From Gemmatimonadota bacterium (lineage in GTDB: Bacteria > Gemmatimonadota > Gemmatimonadetes > Palauibacterales > KS3-K002), in assembly GCA_039588075.1 (NCBI GenBank), contig JBDHAL010000001.1:7027-71026 (forward strand): 64,000 bases of DNA, written 5' to 3'. Position 1 is the stretch's first letter, and each line of letters begins with the position of its first letter. The translations under genes were made by a program, and so were the position numbers. The notes under the pieces were generated by a model, which was not told the origin of the DNA, searched no databases, and worked only from the letters and a program-made list of their open reading frames with translations. Positions 9,117-17,127 of this stretch are shown one piece after another.

Positions 9117-12100
9117 CTAGCCCTCCCGAATAATCACAGCCGGGACCCCGTGCCCCGCGACCATCTCGTTGAACGCCGGGATCTCGGTGGCCACGACCTC
9201 GGCCAGCCGGTCGAGCTGGACCTGGAGCTGGGCCGACAGCTCCTCGTAGACGTCGTGCGACTGCCGGGTCGGCTTTCCGTCTCCCCTGCTGACCACGCCT
9301 GACAGCGCCGCGATCTTGTTGTTCAACTTGATCGGGAAGTTGAGCGGGTCCTGTCGGCTACGGTTCTTGGTCTGGTAGACTTCGTTCTCGATCTCCGACA
9401 GGGTCTTCTTGATCTGCTCCGCCTGCTCCGAAACCTCTTCGGCGTACGGCTGGCCCTTCGTCCGCTCCACGGCACCGTCGATCTGGCCGCGGATGTCGCG
9501 GATGCGCGTCACGGCATCGTTCGCCTCGCTGACCCGATCGCGGATCCGGATGAGGAACTCGAACTGCTCCTGCAGATCCGCCTCGCTGGCGGAGACTCGC
9601 GGGTCCTTCATCACTGTGAACGACTCCGTGTACGTCTCATCGCCCGCGCTGAGCCGCACCTGATACGACCCCGGCGCCGCCCGCGGGCCCGCCGTGCTTC
9701 CGCCCCACATGATCAAGCCGGGGAAGTCGCTCGCGTCGGGATAGCGGAGATTCCATACGAAGCGGTTCATCCCGGCGCTCTTGGGCACCGCCGCTCCGCC
9801 GGGGCGTCCCGGACCACCCGGGCCGCCGGCGCGGCCACCCCGGCCCTCGCTGGTGTACTCGCGGATCAGCGTGCCGTCTTCCTGGAGGAACTCCAGCTTC
9901 ACCGCGCCGCCCGGCTCGTCCTTCAGGTAGTAGTAAACCACGGCGCCGCTGGGCGGGTTGGCGCCAACGCCGGAAGCGCCGCCTCCGAAGCCACCGAAGC
10001 CGCCCAGCCGGTAGGTGTCGCGCGGCTTGAACAGGTGAGCGTCGGCGGCGGCGACCTCGTCGCTCAACTGGCGGAGCGGCGTGAGGTCGTCGAGAATCCA
10101 AAACGAGCGGCCGTGGGTGCCGAGCACCAGGTCGTCGTCCTTGACGACCATGTCTCGGATCGGCACGACGGGCAAGTTCAGCTGCAACGACTGCCAGCGC
10201 TCGCCGTCGTCGAACGAGACGTAGACGCCGAACTCGCCGCCGGCGTAGAGCAGGCCGCGCCGCTCCGGGTCCTCGCGCACGACCCGGATGTAGTGACCGT
10301 CGGGAATGCCGCGGACGATCTTCTCCCAGCTGTTCCCGTAATCTTCCGTCTTGAATATGTAGGGAGCGAAGTCATCCAGCTTGTAGCGGTTCACCGCGAC
10401 GTACGCGACGCCCGGCTGGTGGGCCGACTCGTCGATGATGCTGACCAGCCCCCACTCCGGCATGTCCCTCGGCGTCACGTTCTCCCAGCCCTGACCGCCG
10501 TCGCGGGTTACGTGGACCAACCCATCGTCGGAGCCAACCCAGATGACGTCGCGGTCGTGCTGTGACGGTACCAGCGCGAAGATCGTGTTGTAGTACTCGA
10601 CGCTGGTGTTGTCCTTCGTGATTGGGCCGCCCGACGGGCCCTGCTTGCTCTTGTCGTTGCGCGTCAGGTCCGGGCTGATCGCGTCCCAAGTTTGACCTTC
10701 GTCGTGCGTTCGGAAGACGACGTTGCCGCCGATGTAGAGCTCGTTCGGGTCGAACGGCGACAAGACGATCGGGAACGTCCACTGGAACCGGTACCGGAGC
10801 TCCGCGGCTCCCCAACCCATGGGATTGTCGGGCCAGGCGTTGATCGCCTGCGTTTGGCCGCTGTGCCGGTCGAAACGCGTCAGGAAACCGTCGTAGCTCC
10901 CGGCATACACGACATCCGGATCGTCGGGCCGCGGCGCGATATAGCCGCTCTCACCGCCGCCCACCGCATACCAGTCTTGATCGGTTATCCCGGAGCCGCC
11001 GGTGCGACTGGCGATGCACATCGTGCTGTTGTCCTGCTGCGCGCCGCACACCTTGTACGGGAAGTGATCCGTTGTGGTCACGTGATAGAACTGGGCTGTA
11101 GGCTGATTGTCCTGTCGCGTCCAGGTTCTGCCACCGTTGTACGTCACGTTGGCGCCGCCGTCGTTGCCTTCGACCATGCGGTGCGCGTTGTTCGGGTCGA
11201 TCCAAAGGTCGTGGTTGTCCCCGTGCGGAGTACCGATGGTTTCGTAGGTGCGGCCACCATCGGTCGACTTGTAGAAGCGCACGTTCAGGACGTAGACCGT
11301 ATTCTCGTTCTCGGTATCGGCGTAGATGTGGGTGTAGTACCAGGCGCGCTGCCGCAGGCTGCGATCGTCGTTCACCCGCGCCCACGTCGCGCCGGCGTCG
11401 TCCGATCGGAACACGCCGCCCTCATCGGCCTCGACTATCGCCCAAACTCGCTCCGAGTTGACCGGCGAAATCGTCACGCCGATTCGGCCCAGCATGCCCT
11501 CCGGAAGGCCGTCGTTGCGGCTGATCTCAGTCCAGCTGTCGCCGCCGTCGGTTGACTTGAACAGACCACCGCCCGGACCGCCGCTCTCCATCCCCCAGGG
11601 CATGCGCCGCGCCTGCCAGAACGCCGCGTACAGGACCCGCGGGTTGTTCGGATCCATAGCCAGGTCGACGGCCCCGGTGTTCTCATCTCTGTAGAGGATC
11701 TTCTCCCAATTGACTCCTCCGTCCTTCGACCTGAAGACGCCACGCATCTCGTTGGGTCCGAAGGCGTGGCCGAGCACCGCGACGTACACGATGTCCGCGT
11801 CGTTGGGATGGACCACGACGCCGCCGATCTGACCGGCGTCCCGCAGCCCGGCCCGCTTCCACGTCTTGCCCGCATCCATCGACACGTACATCCCGTCGCC
11901 CGGCGACGTGTTGCCGCGTATGCACGCCTCGCCCATCCCCACGTACACCACGTTCGGATCCGACGGCGCAACGGCTATCGCTCCGACCGAGCCCGCCTCC
12001 AGGTAATCGTCGGTGACCGGCTCCCAAATCGCTCCGCCGTCCACCGTCTTCCACACGCCACCACCCGTGGCGCCCATGTAGTAGACGTACGGCTGGTCCA

Positions 12101-12251
12101 CCACACCGGCGACGGCCACCACTCGTCCGCCCCGGTACGGTCCGATGTTCCGCCACTCGAGGGCGTCGAACAGGCTCTCGTCGTAGGCCTGAGCGCTGAG
12201 GTTGCTCACGGACAAGATCATCGCGACAGAGGCGATGGCGATTTGTTTCAT
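9117..12251 (-). CDS. secreted BNR/Asp-box repeat protein (sortilin/VPS10- or GH74-like beta-propellers)
   Basis: 1044-aa ORF with a signal peptide. It contains many S-x-D-x-G-x-T-W BNR motifs. It is paralogous to 58165-61494. Confidence 0.85.
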   Translation of the reverse strand: MKQIAIASVAMILSVSNLSAQAYDESLFDALEWRNIGPYRGGRVVAVAGVVDQPYVYYMGATGGGVWKTVDGGAIWEPVTDDYLEAGSVGAIAVAPSDPNVVYVGMGEACIRGNTSPGDGMYVSMDAGKTWKRAGLRDAGQIGGVVVHPNDADIVYVAVLGHAFGPNEMRGVFRSKDGGVNWEKILYRDENTGAVDLAMDPNNPRVLYAAFWQARRMPWGMESGGPGGGLFKSTDGGDSWTEISRNDGLPEGMLGRIGVTISPVNSERVWAIVEADEGGVFRSDDAGATWARVNDDRSLRQRAWYYTHIYADTENENTVYVLNVRFYKSTDGGRTYETIGTPHGDNHDLWIDPNNAHRMVEGNDGGANVTYNGGRTWTRQDNQPTAQFYHVTTTDHFPYKVCGAQQDNSTMCIASRTGGSGITDQDWYAVGGGESGYIAPRPDDPDVVYAGSYDGFLTRFDRHSGQTQAINAWPDNPMGWGAAELRYRFQWTFPIVLSPFDPNELYIGGNVVFRTHDEGQTWDAISPDLTRNDKSKQGPSGGPITKDNTSVEYYNTIFALVPSQHDRDVIWVGSDDGLVHVTRDGGQGWENVTPRDMPEWGLVSIIDESAHQPGVAYVAVNRYKLDDFAPYIFKTEDYGNSWEKIVRGIPDGHYIRVVREDPERRGLLYAGGEFGVYVSFDDGERWQSLQLNLPVVPIRDMVVKDDDLVLGTHGRSFWILDDLTPLRQLSDEVAAADAHLFKPRDTYRLGGFGGFGGGASGVGANPPSGAVVYYYLKDEPGGAVKLEFLQEDGTLIREYTSEGRGGRAGGPGGPGRPGGAAVPKSAGMNRFVWNLRYPDASDFPGLIMWGGSTAGPRAAPGSYQVRLSAGDETYTESFTVMKDPRVSASEADLQEQFEFLIRIRDRVSEANDAVTRIRDIRGQIDGAVERTKGQPYAEEVSEQAEQIKKTLSEIENEVYQTKNRSRQDPLNFPIKLNNKIAALSGVVSRGDGKPTRQSHDVYEELSAQLQVQLDRLAEVVATEIPAFNEMVAGHGVPAVIIREG

Positions 12252-12261
12252 GTTGGACCCT

Positions 12262-12360
12262 CCGGTTAGAAGGTAATCGGTGACCGGTGACCGGTAAGTT
12301 CGAAATTCGAGATCATGAGTTACCGGTAACCGGTCACCGGTTACCGATTACCTTCAGTCA
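12262..12360. repeat. GGT[AG]ACCGGT-based palindrome (hairpin; probably terminator of the upstream gene and repeat family member)
   Basis: ccggttagaaggtaatcggtgaccggtgaccggtaag ... cttaccggtaaccggtcaccggttaccgattaccttc, a near-perfect inverted repeat. Confidence 0.5.
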
Positions 12361-12363
12361 GAC

Positions 12364-12912
12364 CTACGGCCACAGCCAGCCAAACACCCCACCGGTCAGC
12401 AACCCAAAGACCAACCCATCGATCACACTTTTGAGAGTGCTGCTCCAGGAGAAGCCGTACCAGATCGATGTGGGGATCAGGGCCGCGCTGTAGGCGAGGA
12501 ACGCGACGGTACCCAGCACGCGGAAAACGTGGAGGTAGTCTGTTCCCGCCGCGATCGTGACGTATCCGATATAGGCGACCATGAACGAGATGCCGAGATT
12601 GTAGACGAAATAGAAACCGAGCGACTTGCCCATGTTGGGCGCGCCCATGACGACCATGGAGCCGATCGGGCCTTCCGTGGCCTTCTGCCGTTCCTCCTTG
12701 TCGCGAGACATCATGGCCGCCGGGAACATGTACTGGCCGCGACCGAGCCCGCTGCTGCGTATCGCGTTGAGCAGCGAATCCTCGTCGGGGATCTTCGCCC
12801 AGTCGGACTTGTGGTGCGGCAGCACCATCCAGGCAACGAACGCCGCGAAGAAGACGATCACAGCGGACAGCAGAATCGGTAACCAGAGGGAAACGAGGCT
12901 GACTTGTTCCAT
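12364..12912 (-). CDS. hypothetical integral membrane protein
   Basis: Start chosen at MEQVSLVSLWLP, which has a GGGAGG Shine-Dalgarno sequence. Four to five predicted transmembrane helices. The longer 225-aa ORF start lacks an RBS. Confidence 0.55.
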   Translation of the reverse strand: MEQVSLVSLWLPILLSAVIVFFAAFVAWMVLPHHKSDWAKIPDEDSLLNAIRSSGLGRGQYMFPAAMMSRDKEERQKATEGPIGSMVVMGAPNMGKSLGFYFVYNLGISFMVAYIGYVTIAAGTDYLHVFRVLGTVAFLAYSAALIPTSIWYGFSWSSTLKSVIDGLVFGLLTGGVFGWLWP

Positions 12913-13134
12913 GCTGACCTCCCGGGGGAAAGAGGGAACCGGCACCGCACCAGGCCGGCCCAGCTGGTCCGCGGCCGCCCTGTAGGACTTCTGGCTGTTC
13001 TTGAGACGCTGAATTATACGGCGGTTGATGCGTGTGCGCATTCCCTGCTAGAATAGGCCCTCGATGACGCCACCCTCGCCATCCCGGTACAGGGCGCCAT
13101 CGGCTGGTGGGCTTTCAGGACACTGAAGCGGTCG

Positions 13135-14118
13135 ATGATGGCCACGATCGCCGAGGATCTGCGGACGATCCTGGACGCCGACGTCACGGCGCTGACGATC
13201 TGGCTGCAGTCTCAGGTCGTGGCGGCCGGTGTCGCCGCCGAGGAACCGCTGGTGAGGGGCGCCGTGGAACGTCTGATCGACCTGGAGGAGCGGATCGGCG
13301 TCGACCGGGCGGCGCTTCTCGCTTCGCCAGCCCAGTCAGAGCTTCGCACTTACCTGGAACCCCTGATGCGGGCGAACGAGTACCTCGGTTTCGCCGTGAT
13401 CGACCGACAGGGCAAGATCCTGGCCTCTCGCTACGACGATGCGGTTGGAAGCCCGCTGAGCGCCAGCACATCCAGCCTCACCGAATTGGCGGAAAAGGGC
13501 GTCGCCACCGTTTCGCATCCGTTCATCCCGGAAACGTCGCTGCGCGACAGGAACGGCGTCTTGCAGCCCGGCGACCCGGCGATGGTCGCGATGGCGCCGG
13601 TGCGCAATGCCGACGGTGCCGTGGTTGCCAGCCTGCTTTTCAGAATGGACCCGGAGGATCAGTTCACGCGCATCTTGAGGACGGCGCGCTACGGCGAGAG
13701 TGGAGAGACCTACGCCTTCAACGCCAACGGCTTGCTGCTCTCGGAGAGCCGCTTTGACGATGAGCTGCGTGAACTGGGGCTCATCGCCGCAGACAGTCGA
13801 TCCCACAGCATTCTCCAGGTCCAGATCCGCGACCCCGGCGGCAATATGCTGGACGGGTTCCGGTCCAGCGTCCCGCGCGACGAGCAGCCGCTGACGCGGA
13901 TGGCCGCCGCGGCAATGCGCGGTCGCGACGGTGTCGATGTGGACGGCTACCGTGACTACCGGGGCGTGCCGGTGGTGGGCGCGTGGCCTTGGCTGGGGGT
14001 CGAACACCCGGATCGGCCGGAGGAAAGGCCGAAGGATGGGTCAGGGTCGACGGATTCGGGGAAGTTGGCGCCGACAATGGCGGTGGCGCTGTCAGACAGG
14101 GATTTATCGAACGAGTGA
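13135..14118 (+). CDS. periplasmic Cache-like sensor domain protein, apparently truncated (possible remnant of a chemoreceptor/sensor kinase)
   Basis: Sensor-domain-like sequence (YLGFAVIDRQGKILASR...YRGVPVVGAWPWLGVE) ends abruptly just before MITE copy 1, and no transmembrane or signalling domain follows. Confidence 0.45.
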   Translation: MMATIAEDLRTILDADVTALTIWLQSQVVAAGVAAEEPLVRGAVERLIDLEERIGVDRAALLASPAQSELRTYLEPLMRANEYLGFAVIDRQGKILASRYDDAVGSPLSASTSSLTELAEKGVATVSHPFIPETSLRDRNGVLQPGDPAMVAMAPVRNADGAVVASLLFRMDPEDQFTRILRTARYGESGETYAFNANGLLLSESRFDDELRELGLIAADSRSHSILQVQIRDPGGNMLDGFRSSVPRDEQPLTRMAAAAMRGRDGVDVDGYRDYRGVPVVGAWPWLGVEHPDRPEERPKDGSGSTDSGKLAPTMAVALSDRDLSNE

Positions 14119-14149
14119 ATTCGAAATTAGCGAATTCAAATCAGCGAAT

Positions 14150-14360
14150 TCGCAAGGAATTTTGAACACCGCACACCGAACACCGCCTTTCGAAGGTTAC
14201 ACGACAAGGCTTGATCACTAATCACTGAGATCGAATCGCTGATGATCAGGGTGCCCGTGGAGCCTTGGTCTCTTCAGCATCAGAGATTCGGTCTTGATGA
14301 TCAATGATTGAAGTGCGCCCTTCGAAAGGCGGTGTTCGGTGTGCGGTGTTCGAAATTGCC
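14150..14360. mobile_element. MITE copy 1 (about 210 bp) with about 32-bp terminal inverted repeats GCAATTTCGAACACCGCACACCGAACACCGCC; reverse orientation relative to copies 2 and 3
   Basis: Left end gaattttgaacaccgcacaccgaacaccgcctttcgaagg; right end ccttcgaaaggcggtgttcggtgtgcggtgttcgaaattgc. It has no coding capacity. Confidence 0.65.
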
Positions 14361-14377
14361 CTCGCCATTCTTAATTC

Positions 14378-15814
14378 CTATTGCATCTCAAACGCCAAAA
14401 ACATCAGTTGCCCACGACGCTCCACCTGAAGCACGACCGGCGCACCCGATCTCACGGCTTCAATCTGCGCGCGCAGATCGGAAAGGCTCGTGACCGGCTC
14501 GCGGTTCATCATGTGGATCACGTCACCCGGGACCAGCGCGACCCGGCCATAGGACGCGTCTGGTGCGCGAGCCGCGACCAGCACGCCTTGAGTACTTCGC
14601 AGGTTTGGGAGTAGCGCCGCGATCTGAGGCGTGAGGTCGATCACCAGGATGCCGAGGCGCGGAATCAGGTTCTCCTCCGGCGTCACCATGGGGGAGAAGC
14701 GATTCAAATCGTCCGGCCGCTCGTAGACGGCGACCGATACCGTACGCGTCTCTTCCCCGCGCAGGATCTCCAGCGAGACGATTTCGCCCACGGGCCGGCC
14801 GTACAGGCCGACGTCGAATTGACGGCCGTTCTCCATCACCTTGCCGTTCATGCTCAGCACGATGTCGCCGATGCGCAGCCCGGCCTGGAATGCAGGGGCG
14901 TTGGGATAGACGTCGCCGAGAACCACGCCCCACTCGCGGGTGATACCCAGGCCGGCCGCCAGCGTCGGAGTGACCGTCTGGGCATGCACGCCAATCACTC
15001 CGCGCCGCACGTAACCCGAATCTCTGATCTGTTGATAGACGTTGCGGACGATATTGCTCGGCGCCGCGAACCCGAGGCCCTCGCTGCCGCCCGACTGCGA
15101 AAAGATCAGCGTGTTGATCCCGACCACTTCGCCCATCGCGTTGACCAACGGTCCGCCGCTGTTGCCCGGATTGATCGGCGCGTCGGTCTGGATGTAGATC
15201 ATCGGGTCTTCCGGCCGCAGTTGCCGCGCGACGGCGCTCACCACGCCCATCGTCACCGAGTTTTCCAAACCCAGCGGCCCGCCGAACGCGAAGACCAGCT
15301 GACCCGTCCGAACGTCGTCCGAGTCACTCAATCGGACGGCCGGAAGCCCCGTCTCGGCGACTTTGAGGACGGCGAGGTCGGTCTCGCGATCGACCCCGAC
15401 GATCTGGGCGCCGACGATCCGGCCCTGCGGTTTGAGTATCGATTCGCCCGGCGGCGCGTCTTCCGCCGGAACCGCCAGACGTACCTGCACCCGCGTGGCA
15501 CCTTCCACGACGTGGAAGTTGGTGATGATGTAGCCGTCCGGGTCGAGGATCACACCCGACCCTCCAACCTGCCGCCGGCTCAGCAGGCCCGAGCCCGGAG
15601 CGTCGGTGGCCTGCAGCGGCTGGTAGCCCGTCGCCAGAATCTGCACCACGGCCGGGTTCACCCGCTCCGATAGCGCCTCGAACGATTCGCTGAGCCCAGC
15701 CAGCGCGGTCAGCGCCCGGTCTCTCGATCCCCGTTGCGCCGCCGCCTCCGAGGGGAGGATCAGGACGAAACACACGATCACCGCAAAGAACGTCAGGCCG
15801 ATCTTTCGATTCAT
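14378..15814 (-). CDS. degP: DegP/HtrA-family periplasmic serine endoprotease with two PDZ domains
   Basis: Catalytic triad context (HVVEGA, D, GNSGGPL) and two PDZ regions. Start chosen at MNRKIGLTFF, which has a GGAAGAGAG RBS. Confidence 0.9.
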   Translation of the reverse strand: MNRKIGLTFFAVIVCFVLILPSEAAAQRGSRDRALTALAGLSESFEALSERVNPAVVQILATGYQPLQATDAPGSGLLSRRQVGGSGVILDPDGYIITNFHVVEGATRVQVRLAVPAEDAPPGESILKPQGRIVGAQIVGVDRETDLAVLKVAETGLPAVRLSDSDDVRTGQLVFAFGGPLGLENSVTMGVVSAVARQLRPEDPMIYIQTDAPINPGNSGGPLVNAMGEVVGINTLIFSQSGGSEGLGFAAPSNIVRNVYQQIRDSGYVRRGVIGVHAQTVTPTLAAGLGITREWGVVLGDVYPNAPAFQAGLRIGDIVLSMNGKVMENGRQFDVGLYGRPVGEIVSLEILRGEETRTVSVAVYERPDDLNRFSPMVTPEENLIPRLGILVIDLTPQIAALLPNLRSTQGVLVAARAPDASYGRVALVPGDVIHMMNREPVTSLSDLRAQIEAVRSGAPVVLQVERRGQLMFLAFEMQ

Positions 15815-15927
15815 GTTCCCACTCTCTTCCTGCAACTCGTCGTCCGTTGGCATGGTCAGTGTAGTGGGAAGGATACTGCAGGTGTCTGATGCGTGCCAGT
15901 TGGCTGGACGCCGCTTGACACACCGCG

Positions 15928-15957
15928 CGTCCGCGTTCTATGCATAGCCGATAGCGC
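15928..15957 (+). promoter_or_regulatory. candidate sigma70-like promoter for the RND efflux operon
   Basis: TTGACA, then a 17-nt spacer, then cTATGCAT, lying in the divergent degP/acrA intergenic region. Confidence 0.3.
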
Positions 15958-15999
15958 AAAGCATGTAGCACGTAGCCGTTCGGCGCCCACACTTCCCCG

Positions 16000-17115
16000 A
16001 TGAGGATCAAAGTGTCCCACCACACCCGTTTTCTCGTGGCAGGATTCGCTCTGCTCGGCGCCTCGCTCACCCTGGGCTGTGCCAAAGAGGAAGAGCCCGA
16101 ACCGGTCATCCGTCCGGTCCGCTACCAACAAGTATTCTCCACCGGGGGAAGCCGAGTACGGGCGTTTTCGGGCGTCGCCCAGGCCGGCGTCGAGTCGAGG
16201 TTGAGCTTCAGGGTGGCGGGGACGGTCCGCCGTGTTCCGGTCGGGGTCGGGGACAACGTGGGGGCCGGTCAGCTGATCGCGGAGCTCGATCCCGAGGACT
16301 ACCGGGTCCAGTCGCAGCGAGCCGAGGCGGCGCTGGGTCAAGCGCGCGCCCAGGCGCGTAACGCACAGGCCGCTTACTCGCGCGCCCGGCAGCTCTACGA
16401 GAACGGCAACCTCTCGATAAGCGAGCTCGACGCGGCACGGGCCGCGTCGGAGTCGGCGGAATCGTCCGTGAGCGCCTACGAACAGGAGCTGGAGCTGGCC
16501 CGCCTCCAGTTGAGCTACACGCGCCTCACCGCTCCTGTGGCCGGCTCCGTCGCCTCGGTGAACGTCGAGGTGAACGAGAATGTCCGAACCGGCCAGGTCG
16601 TCGTTCTGCTGACCTCGGGGTCCAACCTGAAGGTCGAGGTCGCCGTTCCCGAGGTGCTCATCGCCCAGATCCGCGAGGGCGCCGGCGTCTCGGTCGGCTT
16701 CGATGCCCTGCCGAATCGCAGTTTCCAGGGCCTCGTGACCGAAGTCGGCGTGGCCGCCACCGGCGCCGGGATGACCTACCCGGTCACGGTCCGGCTCGAG
16801 GAAGTCGATCCCGACATCCGCTCCGGTATGGCGGCCGAAGTGGGATTCCTGTTCGAATCGCAAAGCCAGCGAGTCCTCTACCTCTTGCCGCCGGCGGCGG
16901 TCGGCGAGGACCGGGACGGCCGTTTCGTCTTCGTGGTCGAACCGACCGGCGCGGGATTGGGGATCGTCCATCGCAGGCCGGTCGAGGTCGGCGAACTGAC
17001 GACCGATGGGCTCGAGGTGCTCGAGGGGCTCTCCGACGGCGATCGAGTCGTCACCGCTGGTTGGAGCCAAATCGAGGATGGCCTGCAGGTCAGAGCGCCC
17101 GACAGCGGGCTCTGA
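16000..17115 (+). CDS. RND efflux membrane fusion (periplasmic adaptor) lipoprotein, HlyD/AcrA family
   Basis: Lipobox LTLGC, coiled-coil and beta-barrel adaptor motifs. An alternative GTG start at 16012 has a GAGGA RBS. Confidence 0.85.
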   Translation: MRIKVSHHTRFLVAGFALLGASLTLGCAKEEEPEPVIRPVRYQQVFSTGGSRVRAFSGVAQAGVESRLSFRVAGTVRRVPVGVGDNVGAGQLIAELDPEDYRVQSQRAEAALGQARAQARNAQAAYSRARQLYENGNLSISELDAARAASESAESSVSAYEQELELARLQLSYTRLTAPVAGSVASVNVEVNENVRTGQVVVLLTSGSNLKVEVAVPEVLIAQIREGAGVSVGFDALPNRSFQGLVTEVGVAATGAGMTYPVTVRLEEVDPDIRSGMAAEVGFLFESQSQRVLYLLPPAAVGEDRDGRFVFVVEPTGAGLGIVHRRPVEVGELTTDGLEVLEGLSDGDRVVTAGWSQIEDGLQVRAPDSGL

Positions 17116-17127
17116 GGCGAGCCAACA

